Positions 17,074 to 27,626 of a stretch of 64,000 nt of DNA are shown here, piece by piece. The stretch spans positions 150,310-214,309 of the forward strand of contig JACKNH010000004.1 in the NCBI GenBank assembly GCA_024234975.1, in the 5' to 3' direction. The stretch is from Gammaproteobacteria bacterium. Its GTDB lineage: Bacteria > Pseudomonadota > Gammaproteobacteria > Ga0077536. Position 1 is the first letter of the stretch. Each line of letters opens with the position of its first letter. The notes beneath the pieces were generated by a model that was not told the DNA's origin, did not search any database, and was given only the letters and a program-made list of their open reading frames with translations. The translations under genes were made by a program, and so were the position numbers.

Positions 17074-18306
17074 ATGTTCGAACAGATTCACAGCTACACC
17101 GACGATGCCATCGAGGCGGTCTACGCACGGTCGGCAGCGGATATGCGTAGTGACAAGCTCGACCTCAGCATTGGCGTCTACCGTGACGAGTTGGGGGCAG
17201 TGACCGTGATGGACGCTGTTACCAGGGCCGAGGCGCGTCTGCTTTCCGGGCCGCGTCCCAAAGGGTACGTTTCGCCGCTTGGCAATCGCCGTTATGTCGA
17301 GGCGGTGGAGCAGCTCGTGTTGGGTGCAAACCATCCCGCCGTGTCCGACAACCGGGTCGTCTCCGCACAGGGACCTGGTGCCGGCGGCATGTTGCGCGTA
17401 GGTGCGGAGCTGATTGCCACGCTCAGGCCGGATGCCACGTTGTGGTTGTCAGACCCGGTGTGGGAGCACCAGATCGAATTCTTCAGCCGGGCCGGCGTGC
17501 CGCGGCGCTATTACCGTTACTACGATCGACACAGTGGCCTGCTGCGATTCGACGAAATGCTCGCGGATCTGGCCAATGCCCGGGCGGGCGACGTCGTGTT
17601 GATCCACGGCTGTTGCCACAATCCTACCGGGGCCGATCTTTCCATTGCGCAATGGCAGCGGTTGGCGGACCTCTGCCTGGAACGTGACCTGGTGCCGTTC
17701 GTGGATGTCGCTTACCAGGGTTTCGGTGTGAACGTGGAGCAGGATGTCGCCGGCGTCAGGTTGATGGCGGCCACGGTTCCTGAAATGCTGCTGGCAGTCT
17801 CCTCGTCCAAGTCGTTCACCATTTACCGCGAGCGGGTCGGTATGTTGTCGCTGATTCTCAGCAGCGCCACGCGGCGAGAGCATGTCTCACGATGGTTGCG
17901 CGATCTGATCCGTGGACTGTATTTCATGCCACCCGACCATGGTGCTGCTGTGGTGGCGGAGGTCCTGCTGGATGCGGAATTCCGGCGTAGCTGGAACAGC
18001 GAACTCGATGTGTTCCGTGAGCGCATGATCGCCAGCCGTACCCGGCTGGTCGATGCCCTGAGCACCGCCTTGCCAAGGCTCGATTTCAATTTCATCCTCG
18101 GGCAACAAGGCATGTTCTCGGTGTTGCCGCTGGACGCGCAACAGCTGGACCGACTGGTGCGCGATCACGGCATTTACCTGCTGTCCAATGGCCGGTTGAA
18201 CTTTGCCGCGTTGCCTGAGAAGCATACGCCACGCGTGGCCCAGGCGTTGGCCGCGGTGATGGTCGACCATCCGTCCGAGACCGGGGTCGCCGCCGTCGCG
18301 GTATGA
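17074..18306 (+). CDS. tyrB: Aromatic/aspartate aminotransferase (class I, AspC/TyrB family)
   Basis: DKLDLSIGVYRDELG, HGCCHNPTGADL and SSSKSFTIYRERVG (PLP-lysine motif). AGGAGG lies 6 nt upstream of the ATG. Confidence 0.88.
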   Translation: MFEQIHSYTDDAIEAVYARSAADMRSDKLDLSIGVYRDELGAVTVMDAVTRAEARLLSGPRPKGYVSPLGNRRYVEAVEQLVLGANHPAVSDNRVVSAQGPGAGGMLRVGAELIATLRPDATLWLSDPVWEHQIEFFSRAGVPRRYYRYYDRHSGLLRFDEMLADLANARAGDVVLIHGCCHNPTGADLSIAQWQRLADLCLERDLVPFVDVAYQGFGVNVEQDVAGVRLMAATVPEMLLAVSSSKSFTIYRERVGMLSLILSSATRREHVSRWLRDLIRGLYFMPPDHGAAVVAEVLLDAEFRRSWNSELDVFRERMIASRTRLVDALSTALPRLDFNFILGQQGMFSVLPLDAQQLDRLVRDHGIYLLSNGRLNFAALPEKHTPRVAQALAAVMVDHPSETGVAAVAV

Positions 18307-18797
18307 CATTGATGCGGCAACCGGGCGCCAGGTGCTTTTTGCTACTGCTGATCGCAGTGATGCCATGGCTGGCGGGTGCAGCGAGCAGGCCCGGCACGGA
18401 CGGGGATTTTGGTTGGGGGCTGATGTTTCTGTATTACATCATGCCCGGCGCTGTACTGATGTTGGTCATCAGCCTGTTGTGCGCGAGCCTCGGCTTGTTT
18501 CGCCAGCCCGTTATTGCGCTGGCGTTTTCCGCAGCCACTTTGGTCATCGGCATCAGCAGCGCACTGCTGCTGGTATTCACCGTGCGCGACACGCTGGCGA
18601 TGATGATCTCGGTGACGGGTGTGGTGGTGGCGACCTGCGTTGTGCTTTATCCACCGGTTCGGCAATACCTGTCCCGCGCCGAGTACGACCCTGATGCACA
18701 CAAAGCCAGCAGCGTCGAACATCCCCAGTTCGATAATGTGAGGATCGGTCGTTTCGGTCAGCGCGGCTCATCCGGCAAGCAGCGCGCGCGGCGCTGA
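18303..18797 (+). CDS. Hypothetical integral membrane protein (about 4 hydrophobic helices, basic C-terminus)
   Basis: The ATGA overlap with the aminotransferase stop suggests coupling. Hydrophobic helices: LLLLIAVMPWLAGA, LMFLYYIMPGAVLMLVISLLCASLGL, VIALAFSAATLVIGISSALLLVF and MMISVTGVVVATCVVLY. Confidence 0.55.
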   Translation: MTLMRQPGARCFLLLLIAVMPWLAGAASRPGTDGDFGWGLMFLYYIMPGAVLMLVISLLCASLGLFRQPVIALAFSAATLVIGISSALLLVFTVRDTLAMMISVTGVVVATCVVLYPPVRQYLSRAEYDPDAHKASSVEHPQFDNVRIGRFGQRGSSGKQRARR

Positions 18798-18834
18798 GAA
18801 CAGCTGCGCGGTGCCGCACGTCGAACAAGTCCAC

Positions 18835-21189
18835 TCAGCTCTTTTTCAGCGCCTTGGCGAGCGCATCGGCAAACGCGCCCTGCGGCTTTGCCGCGGGACG
18901 CGCTTCACGGTGACGATTCTGGTTTGATGTCGTCGGCGCTGCTTTTGGCCGCCCGCCGTTCGCAGCATCCGCCGGATCCGACGTGCGCATGGTCAGCGCA
19001 ATACGCTTGCGCGCAACATCCACTTCGAGCACCTTCACCTTGACGATATCACCGGCCTTGACCACTTCCCGCGGATCGCGCACGAATCGATCCGCCAGCA
19101 TCGAGATATGCACCAGGCCATCCTGATGCACGCCGATATCCACGAAGGCGCCGAAATTCGCCACGTTGGTCACCGTACCTTCCAGCAACATGCCGGGCTT
19201 CAGGTCGCTGATCGCCTCGACGCCGTCCTTGAAACTGGCAGCCTTGAATTCCGGCCGCGGATCGCGCCCGGGTTTTTCCAGTTCGCTGATGATGTCCTTT
19301 ACCGTCACTACGCCGAAGGTCTCGTCAGTAAAACGTGCGGGGTCGAGTTTGCGCAGCAGCGCGGCATTACCGATGACCGAGCGTACGTCGTCGTGCAGTT
19401 CGCCGACAATGCGCTCAACCACGCCATAGGATTCCGGATGCACGGCCGAAGCGTCCAGCGGATTGTCGCCATTGACGATGCGCAGAAAGCCCGCCGCCTG
19501 TTCGAACGTTTTTGCACCCAGCCGCGGGACAGACTTCAACACCTGACGGTTGGCGAAGGCGCCGTGACTATCGCGATAGGCAACAATGTTCTCGGCCAGC
19601 GTCTGCGATAAACCGGCCACGCGCGACAGCAACGCCGGTGATGCGGTATTGACGTCAACACCGACCGCGTTGACGCAGTCCTCGACGACCGCATCGAGCT
19701 GGCGCGCCAGCCGGCTCTGATTGACGTCGTGTTGATACTGACCAACGCCCACCGATTTCGGCTCGATCTTCACCAGCTCCGCCAGCGGATCCTGCAGGCG
19801 TCTGGCGATCGACACGGCGCCACGCAACGTGACATCCAGTTGTGCCAGTTCCTTCGCCGCCAATGCCGACGCCGAATAGACTGACGCGCCAGCTTCAGAC
19901 ACGACGATCTTGATCGGCTTGCGCGCGACCTTGTCCGCCGGCAACAGCTTCAACAGGTCCGCCGCCAGGCGATCGGTCTCGCGCGATGCAGTGCCGTTGC
20001 CGATGCCGATGAGTTCGATCTGGTGCTTGATGACCAGGCCTGCCAGCGTGTGCAGGGATCCGTTCCAGTCGCGTTTGGGTTCATGCGGATAGATGGTGGC
20101 GGTGTCGAGCACCTTGCCGGTCTGGTCAACGACAGCGACTTTGACACCGGTGCGGATGCCCGGATCCAGCCCCATCGTGACTCGCGGGCCGGCCGGTGCC
20201 GCGAGCAATACATCCTTCAGGTTGCGCGCGAAGACATCGATGGCCTCATGCTCAGCCTGCTCACGCAAGGCCAGGAAGAATTCGCTTTCCAGCTGCCATG
20301 CCAGTTTGACCTGCCAGGCCCAGCGCACCGTTTGCGTCAGCCAGGCGTCGCCCGGACGGCTGCCCTGGGTGATGTGGTAGTGCGCGGCGATGATCGATTC
20401 GCAACTGTTGCCGGTGCGCGTGCTGGTCGTTTCGAGTTCCTCCGGCAGCTTCAACGCCAGCCGCAGGATTTCCTCCTTGCGACCGCGGAACATCGCCAGC
20501 GCGCGATGCGAAGGGACGTTGGCGTAGGGTTCGCGGTGATCGAAGTAGTCGCGGAACTTCGCGCCCTCGTTCTCCTTGCCTTCAGCGACGCTGGCGACCA
20601 CCACTGCGCAGGAGGTGAGATGGGCGCGCAACTTCGCCAGCAGTTCGGCATCTTCAGCGAAACGCTCGGTCAGAATCTGCCGCGCACCTTCCAGGGCCGC
20701 CGCTGCATCGGCAACGCCGGGGTTATCGCCATGGTCAGTGGTAAACGGGGCAATGATGTAATCCTGCGCCTGTTGTTCAGGGTCGAGGTCGGGATTTGCC
20801 AGCAGTGCATCGGCCAGCGGCTCCAGCCCTGCTTCGCGCGCTATCTGGGCCTTGGTCCTGCGCTTGGGCTTGTACGGCAGGTAGAGATCTTCCAGACGCT
20901 GCTTGGTGTCAGCCGCTTCAATGGCGGCTTTCAGCTCGGGCGTCAACTTCTGCTGCTCATCGATGCTTTTGAGAATCACTTCGCGACGCTGCTCAAGCTC
21001 GCGCAGATAGGCGAGGCGCTCGTCGATGGTGCGTAGCTGCGTGTCGTCGAGGCCACCGGTGACTTCCTTGCGGTAGCGGGCGATGAACGGCACTGTGGCG
21101 CCTTCGTCAATCAAGGCCACGGTGGCGATGATTTGTTGCGGTTTGACGCCGAGTTCGGCGGCGATACGAGATTCTATGGCTGCTGACAT
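18835..21189 (-). CDS. tex: Transcription accessory protein Tex (S1 RNA-binding domain protein)
   Basis: [50 protein letters not shown]-terminal S1 domain [26 protein letters not shown]. The ORF track begins at a TTG at 21240. The ATG at 21189 is preferred because a promoter-like TTGAAG-17-CATAGT overlaps the upstream TTG. Confidence 0.9.
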   Translation of the reverse strand: MSAAIESRIAAELGVKPQQIIATVALIDEGATVPFIARYRKEVTGGLDDTQLRTIDERLAYLRELEQRREVILKSIDEQQKLTPELKAAIEAADTKQRLEDLYLPYKPKRRTKAQIAREAGLEPLADALLANPDLDPEQQAQDYIIAPFTTDHGDNPGVADAAAALEGARQILTERFAEDAELLAKLRAHLTSCAVVVASVAEGKENEGAKFRDYFDHREPYANVPSHRALAMFRGRKEEILRLALKLPEELETTSTRTGNSCESIIAAHYHITQGSRPGDAWLTQTVRWAWQVKLAWQLESEFFLALREQAEHEAIDVFARNLKDVLLAAPAGPRVTMGLDPGIRTGVKVAVVDQTGKVLDTATIYPHEPKRDWNGSLHTLAGLVIKHQIELIGIGNGTASRETDRLAADLLKLLPADKVARKPIKIVVSEAGASVYSASALAAKELAQLDVTLRGAVSIARRLQDPLAELVKIEPKSVGVGQYQHDVNQSRLARQLDAVVEDCVNAVGVDVNTASPALLSRVAGLSQTLAENIVAYRDSHGAFANRQVLKSVPRLGAKTFEQAAGFLRIVNGDNPLDASAVHPESYGVVERIVGELHDDVRSVIGNAALLRKLDPARFTDETFGVVTVKDIISELEKPGRDPRPEFKAASFKDGVEAISDLKPGMLLEGTVTNVANFGAFVDIGVHQDGLVHISMLADRFVRDPREVVKAGDIVKVKVLEVDVARKRIALTMRTSDPADAANGGRPKAAPTTSNQNRHREARPAAKPQGAFADALAKALKKS

Positions 21190-21231
21190 TGAGCGTATGT
21201 AACTTTGGATTGGCGAAGATAAGGGGCGGCC

Positions 21232-21260
21232 ACTATGCAAAATGCACGTAGCCGCTTCAA
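21232..21260 (-). promoter_or_regulatory. Candidate sigma70 promoter for tex (TTGAAG-17 nt-CATAGT)
   Basis: On the minus strand the -35 is at 21260-21255 and the -10 at 21237-21232, about 45 nt upstream of the ATG at 21189. Confidence 0.35.
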
Positions 21261-21308
21261 GACTTGAAATCAGTGGCAGTTAGTGCTGTGAAAGTGCCGG
21301 GAATTCGA

Positions 21309-22763
21309 TCAGGAAAGCTTCAATCCGCGCAGCGCGAGATCCAGCGCTTTCATCACGGCGGTGCCTTTGGCGATGGTTTCATTCCACTCGCTGGCCGGAA
21401 CGGAATCAGCGACGATGCCGGCGCCGGCCTGCACGTGCAGCCAGCCATCCTTGATGATCGCGGTGCGGATGGCGATGGCGGTATCGATATTGCCGCTCCA
21501 CGACAGGTAGCCGATGGCGCCACCGTAGTAGCCGCGTTTGACCGGCTCGACTTCGTCGATGATTTCCATCGCGCGCACCTTGGGTGCGCCGCTCAAGGTG
21601 CCGGCCGGAAAAGTGGCGCGCAGTACATCGAGCGGCTTGGTGCCTTCGGCCAGCTGGCCGCAGACGTTCGACACGATATGCATGACATGTGAATAGCGCT
21701 CGATCACCATGTTCTCGGTGACGCGAACGGTGCCCGGCACGCAGACGCGCGAAATATCGTTGCGACCGAGATCGATCAGCATGAGGTGCTCTGCACGCTC
21801 CTTGGCGTCCGCCAGCAATTCGTCAGCGAGCGCCACGTCGGCAGCCGGGGTGGCGCCACGTGGACGGGTGCCGGCGATCGGCCGCACCGTGACTTCGCCA
21901 TCCTCCAGCCGGACCAGAATCTCCGGCGAAGATCCCACGACATGGGTGTCGCCGAGATTGAGGCAGTAAAGATAAGGCGACGGATTCAGACAGCGTAACG
22001 CGCGATACAGGCTGACCGGATCACCGGTGTACGGGGCGGACAAACGCTGTGACGGTACGACCTGCATGCAGTCGCCATCGACGATGTACTGTTTGATGCG
22101 CACCACCGCCGCTTCAAAATCCTCGCGCTCAAAGCCGGTCTTGATGGTGGACTGATCGAGTCCGCTACCGGATGCCGGTTGCAGCTGCTGCGCGGAAAGC
22201 GGTTGCCGCAATTGCTCCGCCAGTTCGTCCAGGCGGCGTTCGCCCGCGGCGGTGGCGCCTTCATCATCGGCATCGATGTACTTGACGATATAGACCTTGC
22301 CCAGGCGGTTGTCGAAGACGACAACTTCCTCTGACAACATCAACAGAATTTCCGGACTGCCGACGGGATCCGGTTGGCGTGCGGGGCCGAGCCTGGGCTC
22401 TATGTAGCGGACGGTGTCGTACCCGAAGCAACCGACCAGGCCACCGGTGAATCGGGGCAGGCCGGCCGGTTCGTCGACGGCAAATCGCGCGTGGAAGGCT
22501 TCAATCCACGCCAGCGGATCGGTAGCCGTCGCCTGTTCAATGATGTGGCCGTCGCGCTCTACCGTGATGTTGTGGCCGCGTACGCGTAATACCACGCGTG
22601 CCGGCAGACCAATGAACGAGTAGCGGCCCCAGCGCTCACCGCCCTGCATCGATTCGAACAGGTAACTGTAGGGTGCGTTGGCAAGCTTGATATAGGCGGA
22701 CAGCGGCGTATCGAGATCGGCAAGCAGCTCGCGGACAAGGGGGATTCGATGATAGGCGATCAC
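21309..22763 (-). CDS. trpE: Anthranilate synthase component I
   Basis: [49 protein letters not shown] and [24 protein letters not shown]. The ORF track extends to 22886 inside rpe. A GTG at 22763, 1 nt after the rpe stop, is the likely start. Confidence 0.88.
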   Translation of the reverse strand: MIAYHRIPLVRELLADLDTPLSAYIKLANAPYSYLFESMQGGERWGRYSFIGLPARVVLRVRGHNITVERDGHIIEQATATDPLAWIEAFHARFAVDEPAGLPRFTGGLVGCFGYDTVRYIEPRLGPARQPDPVGSPEILLMLSEEVVVFDNRLGKVYIVKYIDADDEGATAAGERRLDELAEQLRQPLSAQQLQPASGSGLDQSTIKTGFEREDFEAAVVRIKQYIVDGDCMQVVPSQRLSAPYTGDPVSLYRALRCLNPSPYLYCLNLGDTHVVGSSPEILVRLEDGEVTVRPIAGTRPRGATPAADVALADELLADAKERAEHLMLIDLGRNDISRVCVPGTVRVTENMVIERYSHVMHIVSNVCGQLAEGTKPLDVLRATFPAGTLSGAPKVRAMEIIDEVEPVKRGYYGGAIGYLSWSGNIDTAIAIRTAIIKDGWLHVQAGAGIVADSVPASEWNETIAKGTAVMKALDLALRGLKLS

Positions 22764-22764
22764 T

Positions 22765-23444
22765 TCAGGGTTCCAACCGGGCGTCGACCGCGGTGCGCAT
22801 GGCCGTGATCGTCGCGTGATAATCAGCACTGCCGAATATGGCGGAGCCGGCGACGAAGGTGTCGATGCCGGCCGCTGCGATCTCACCGATATTCTGCGTG
22901 TTCACACCGCCATCAATTTCCAACCGGATATCGCGGCCACTCTCATCGATGAGTGCGCGTGCCTGACGCGCCTTGTGCAGCGTTCCGGGAATAAATTTCT
23001 GCCCACCGAAGCCGGGATTGACCGACATCAGCAGCACCATGTCAATCTTGTCCAGCACGAACTCCAGGTGGCTCAACGGCGTGGCCGGATTGAACACCAG
23101 CCCGGCCTTGCAACCGCCATCGCGAATCAGTCCCAACGTGCGATCGATATGTTCGCTGGCTTCCGGATGGAAGGTGATGTAAGTCGCACCGGCGGCGATG
23201 AAATCGCCAATGATGCGATCAACCGGTTTCACCATCAGGTGGACATCAATCGACGCCGTTATCCCGTAGTTGCGCAGCGCCTGGCAGACCAGCGGGACGA
23301 CCGTCAGGTTGGGGACATAGTGGTTGTCCATCACATCGAAGTGGACGAAATCCGCGCCGGCGTCAGGTACGCTGAAACGTCTTCCCCAGGCAGGCGAAGT
23401 CAGGCTGAAAGAATGGACGGGACTATGACGGTTGACTGGCGCAT
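22765..23444 (-). pseudogene. rpe: Ribulose-phosphate 3-epimerase; the 5' ~60 nt carry several frame shifts
   Basis: Residues from [20 protein letters not shown] to the end are intact ([29 protein letters not shown]). The true N-terminus [14 protein letters not shown] (ATG at 23444) is in another frame. DFA.LG and EDVSA appear in further frames between 23340 and 23400. The span of 680 nt is not a multiple of 3. Confidence 0.85.
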
Positions 23445-24876
23445 GGAAAACGGTGCTCGACAAGGCGCCAGTATACCGAATTAGGCGCAGCAGTGGCAAT
23501 GGCGGCGGTGCGGGCCGTGCGACGGTGGCGGATTATGCGCGCGGGTGTCTCGGCTTCGAGCCTGGCCAGGAAGTCAACAACATGTTGATGGGTGTCGCCA
23601 ATGTCCTCGTACAGGATGCCGTGGCGCTCTGCTTCCACCCAGTACAGCCGCTTTTGTTGGTTGGAACGATCGACAACAGGTTGGCGCTGGCGGGATCCAC
23701 CACCGGGTCGCCGGTGGACTGATCAACGTCACCGGGCAGGTGATTCTGCTGCTGTCGGCGCAGTGATCGTTGAGTTGGTGGCTCATACAGCGCGCGAATG
23801 GGTACGTTCCGGTAGTTGATGTGAGGATGTTCGCTTTCGTTGAAGCGGAACGGAAAAACACCTTCGTAGGATGTCAGCCAGCGGACAATATTCGCACCGT
23901 GTACCAGTGGCGCGAATTTCAGGTTCTGGTTGGAATTTCAAGCCGGTGCAAACCGTGCCACCCTGGCCAGCTGCGATGGCGCTTCGGCTGCCAGCAGCAG
24001 GCCGAGCGCCGCCGGTGGAAAAACTACCAGCGCGACTTCGTCGGTGATCGCCTGCAACACCTGGTAGCCTTCCCGCACCGAACGCCAGCCAGTCCTCCCA
24101 GCGGCGCTCGCGCAAGTCCACGGCAGGTGCCATGGCCTTCAGCCGCGGACCATGACCGTGTAACCCAGCGCATGCAATTTTCACCAATGCCGCGGACCTC
24201 GGCCGGCGACGCCAGCAGACCATGTATCAGCAGCACGCCGACGCGTCGTTGACGCGGCGCCACCAGCAGAAACGGATCATGCGACATTGTCGCAGTTTCC
24301 TGCTGATTGATTTGTGCATGTCGTGGCCGGCTGAATAATTGCTTGTCCCACGCCAACGCAAGCATCTGATCGTTGAAGCGCAGATCGGCCAGTGCGCGGG
24401 GCGTCACCAGTGGCGCCTGATTTATATAAGGCCTCGCGTCGGTGATCAGCGCGCCCAGCGGCTCCACTTCGTTGGCATATACCTCCAGCGGATTTTCCAG
24501 TCGAACCTCGTCGAACTCCTGGCCACTGGTGAGCTTGGGCAGGAAGTCGATGGTGTCACCGTTCATCGCCAGCAGTTCCGCCCGGGCAGCGGATTCAAGC
24601 AATTGCTGGAGTTGAGGCGTGGTGGCGGCCAGCAGGCGGGCGTAGACCTCCGGATTGCATACAAATCCTGGTGCAGGTGCACCTCGCGGTGTACATGCAG
24701 CTTGATGAACAGGTACAACGCCATGCGCAGTTGGGCAGCGGCAGCGAGCGATGGCCATCCTCCCGGTGGTTGAAGATGATATGCGCGGCGAGGTGCGAAA
24801 GATTCACCGTCACCGAGCGATACATCTCCTCCATGTAGTCATCGCGCAGCCGTTCGATGCTGCTCTTCAAACCCAT
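23423..24876 (-). pseudogene. Alpha/beta-hydrolase-fold protein with an N-terminal region of unknown function; heavily frame-shifted
   Basis: Protein-like pieces occur in all three minus frames: GLKSSIERLRDDYMEEMYRSVTVNLSHLAAHIIFNHRE; QLRMALYLFIKLHVHREVHLHQDLY; NPEVYARLLAATTPQLQQLLESAARAELLAMNGDTIDFLPKL...HDPFLLVAPRQRRVGVLLIHGLLASPAEV; DLRERRWEDWLA; VEAERHGILYEDIGDTHQHVVDFLARLEAE. Confidence 0.6.
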
Positions 24877-25805
24877 GGCGCAGTAACGCAGATCGCGCGG
24901 CTGTGACTCTGATGCGTTTCAAAGGCGTGCTCCAGCGATTGCACGCGACGGCTCAGGTGCTCGACCAGCGGCTTTTCCCACCAGCGTGCATCGTGAAACA
25001 GCATCAGCGGATCACCGAGGCGGATGTCCATGTCGGTCCGCTTCAACAGCAGGTTGCCTTCTACAATCAGCTCTTCCAGGGCACGTTCGCTGAGGTTGCC
25101 TTTGAACAGTTCGACGCCCCGCACCAGCAGGTTTTCCTGAATTCGCAGCGGGTAGAACGTGATATTGGCGGGAATGATGGCCACTGGTCGACGCGCAGCT
25201 TCGACCAATGCATACCGCGACTGGAGGCCGGCCGCGTCCGCCCATTGCTGCAGAATCTCACGGTTGCCACGCTGGTCCTGACGCAGCACAGCGCGATGAA
25301 ATATCTCGAGACCTATCGCCAGCCGCGCAGCGCCGGTGTGATGCTTGCGGCGTACTCGCGCCTTGCGGCTATAGATGCTGTATTCGCCGGCGGAATCGAT
25401 GACCCGGCGATCCTTGACCATGCCGCCTTCGGGAAACACAACCACTTTGCGACCGCGCAACACATTGGCCGCCAGTAACGCCAGCAGGTGCGGGTGATCA
25501 TTGGGGACGGCGCCGACATCGATCAACAGCTTCGCCAGCGATTCGTTGCCGTGAAAGAACTGGCCTGCAGCGACCGAGCGGCAGAATGCGCCGCAGGCCT
25601 GGTAAATCAGGTACTGCGGAATGAACGTCTCCATCCGCGCAAAGTGATTGAACAGGAATATGTCGCCGGCCTCGACCTGGCCTTTTTCGTGGTGCAGCTT
25701 GATGTTGAGGCCCAGCAGATGACGGACGCGTTCGAACCAGCGCGCGAGGCGCTCGTAGACCTGCGGATTCAAATCCAGCTGTGGGTCGTGTGCCGGGACG
25801 GTCAT
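24867..25805 (-). CDS. Lysophospholipid/glycerolipid acyltransferase family protein (PlsC-like)
   Basis: FLFNHFARMETFIPQ (NHx4D-type motif with Glu in place of Asp) and VVVFPEGGMV (motif III). The ATG at 25805 overlaps the queG TGA (ATGA). The ORF track start at 25832 is less likely. Confidence 0.7.
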   Translation of the reverse strand: MTVPAHDPQLDLNPQVYERLARWFERVRHLLGLNIKLHHEKGQVEAGDIFLFNHFARMETFIPQYLIYQACGAFCRSVAAGQFFHGNESLAKLLIDVGAVPNDHPHLLALLAANVLRGRKVVVFPEGGMVKDRRVIDSAGEYSIYSRKARVRRKHHTGAARLAIGLEIFHRAVLRQDQRGNREILQQWADAAGLQSRYALVEAARRPVAIIPANITFYPLRIQENLLVRGVELFKGNLSERALEELIVEGNLLLKRTDMDIRLGDPLMLFHDARWWEKPLVEHLSRRVQSLEHAFETHQSHSRAICVTAPWV

Positions 25806-26884
25806 GTCATCGCCTGCTGTTGCAGCGCCCATTCCACATGTTCACGCACCATGCTATCCGGAAATTTCACGCGCGACATCAAGGCGTCATGGACGCGCTG
25901 GCTGTGCGGCGCATTACCCAGCGCGACCGCGATGTTGCGCAGCCAGCGCAACCAGCCGATCCGGCGAATGGCTGAACCTTCGGTCCGGGTGAGGAATTCG
26001 TCTTCGGTCCAGGCGAACAGCGCTACCAGGTCGGGATTGTCCAGTGAGTTGCGTACGCGAAAATCAGGTTCGGCGCTCACCCTGGCGAAGCGGTTCCACG
26101 GGCAGACGAGTTGGCAGTCGTCACAGCCATAGATGCGGTTACCGATGAGTGGTCGCAGCTCAACGGGAATGCCGCCCTTCAATTCGATCGTCAGGTAGGA
26201 AATACACAAGCGCGCATCAAGCTGGTACGGCGCCACGATGGCCCGGGTCGGGCAGACGTCGATGCAGCGCGTGCAGGTGCCGCAATGCTCCTGCGTGACG
26301 GGCGGGTCCGGTGGTAGCGCCAGGTCGGTATAGATTTCACCGAGAAAAAACCACGAACCGGCCTGCCGATGTATCAGGTTGGTATGTTTGCCGATCCAGC
26401 CCAGGGCCGCGTTGCGGGCATGGGCTTTCTCCAGGACCGGTGCGCTGTCGCAGAACACGCGGTAGCCGAAAGGCCCGATGATTTTGCCGATGTCGTCGGC
26501 GAGGTGCTGTAGCCGTTGGCGAATCAGCTTGTGGTAATCGCGGCCGGTGGCGTAGCGTGAGACGTAGCCTCGCGTGCCGTCAATCAGGACCTGTGCAGGA
26601 TCAGTGGCATCGGCGGGCCAGTAGTCCATACGCACACTGATGATGGTGCGAGTCCCTTCAACCAACGCCCCCGGCGCCTGACGGAGCGCGGCATGGCGCG
26701 CCATCCAGTCCATCTCGCCCTGATAACCGGCCGCGAGCCAGTCGGTCAGATGCGCATTGTCATCGTCCGCCACGCCGCTGCTGAAACCAACCTGGCCAAA
26801 CCCGTGCAGGCGGCCGAGTTCGCGGATCCGGGCGATGATTTCCGAAGGCACTGCGTCAGATGGCGGGTGGGATGGGTAATGCAT
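25802..26884 (-). CDS. queG: tRNA epoxyqueuosine(34) reductase
   Basis: Ferredoxin-type motifs CGTCTRCIDVCPTRAI and CDDCQLVCPWN, plus a C-terminal HEAT-like WLRWLRNIAVALGNA. The start MHYPSHPP at 26884 is preferred over the ORF-track start at 26959. Confidence 0.88.
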   Translation of the reverse strand: MHYPSHPPSDAVPSEIIARIRELGRLHGFGQVGFSSGVADDDNAHLTDWLAAGYQGEMDWMARHAALRQAPGALVEGTRTIISVRMDYWPADATDPAQVLIDGTRGYVSRYATGRDYHKLIRQRLQHLADDIGKIIGPFGYRVFCDSAPVLEKAHARNAALGWIGKHTNLIHRQAGSWFFLGEIYTDLALPPDPPVTQEHCGTCTRCIDVCPTRAIVAPYQLDARLCISYLTIELKGGIPVELRPLIGNRIYGCDDCQLVCPWNRFARVSAEPDFRVRNSLDNPDLVALFAWTEDEFLTRTEGSAIRRIGWLRWLRNIAVALGNAPHSQRVHDALMSRVKFPDSMVREHVEWALQQQAMT

Positions 26885-27626
26885 CCTGCAGCCGGCGTTG
26901 CACCGCATGCCACAGCGCGAGAAAAGCCCGGCCGGCGTCGGTGCCGGCGGCAAACGCATTCACCGGCGCGCGTTGCTCGCCCATGCGTTCGATGTCACTC
27001 GCATAGGGGATGTAGCTGCGAATGACTTCCTCGTGCTCGGCAGCGAACTGGGCCACCGTCGCGCGGTGAATATTCTTGCGTCGATCGACCATGGAGAAAA
27101 ATGGCAGCAAACGCGCGGTGATATTCTGCTGTGTGTGCAGATACTGCCGTATCTGGGTGTAGGCACGCACCGACAGCGGGGTCGGAATGACCGGCACCAG
27201 CAACCAATCCACCGCGTGAAACACACTCTCGGACACCAGCGACATGTTGGGCGCGCAATCGATGATCAGCAGGTCGAAATCCTCTTCGACACTCGCCAGC
27301 CGTTTGGTCAGGCGGTATTCCGGATTCTTGCGATCGTAGAGATCGATATCGAGGTGACGATAGCTGAAGTCAGCCGGCAACATGCTGAGGTTGGCGTAAC
27401 TGGTGGTCCGGATCGATTTACGCAGCGCCTTCTTCTTGTCCAGCAGGCGCGCGGCGCCGCCATCGATGCTGGGGTCCACACGCAGATAGAAGCTGGCAGC
27501 GCCTTGCGGATCGAGATCCCAGAGCAAGGTGCGAAGCCCTGTGCGGCTGGCTTCATAGGCCAGGTTCACCGCCGCCGCTGTTTTACCCACGCCACCTTTG
27601 ATGTTGTAGGTCGCGAGCGAAATCAT
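26856..27626 (-). CDS. Orphan ParA/MinD-family P-loop ATPase
   Basis: Deviant Walker A with signature lysine, ATYNIKGGVGKTAAAVNLA (nt 27579-27599). DLDPQG. Walker B-like DLLIIDCAPN. The ATG overlaps the CHAD gene TGA (ATGA at 27623-27626). Confidence 0.85.
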   Translation of the reverse strand: MISLATYNIKGGVGKTAAAVNLAYEASRTGLRTLLWDLDPQGAASFYLRVDPSIDGGAARLLDKKKALRKSIRTTSYANLSMLPADFSYRHLDIDLYDRKNPEYRLTKRLASVEEDFDLLIIDCAPNMSLVSESVFHAVDWLLVPVIPTPLSVRAYTQIRQYLHTQQNITARLLPFFSMVDRRKNIHRATVAQFAAEHEEVIRSYIPYASDIERMGEQRAPVNAFAAGTDAGRAFLALWHAVQRRLQDALPIPPAI

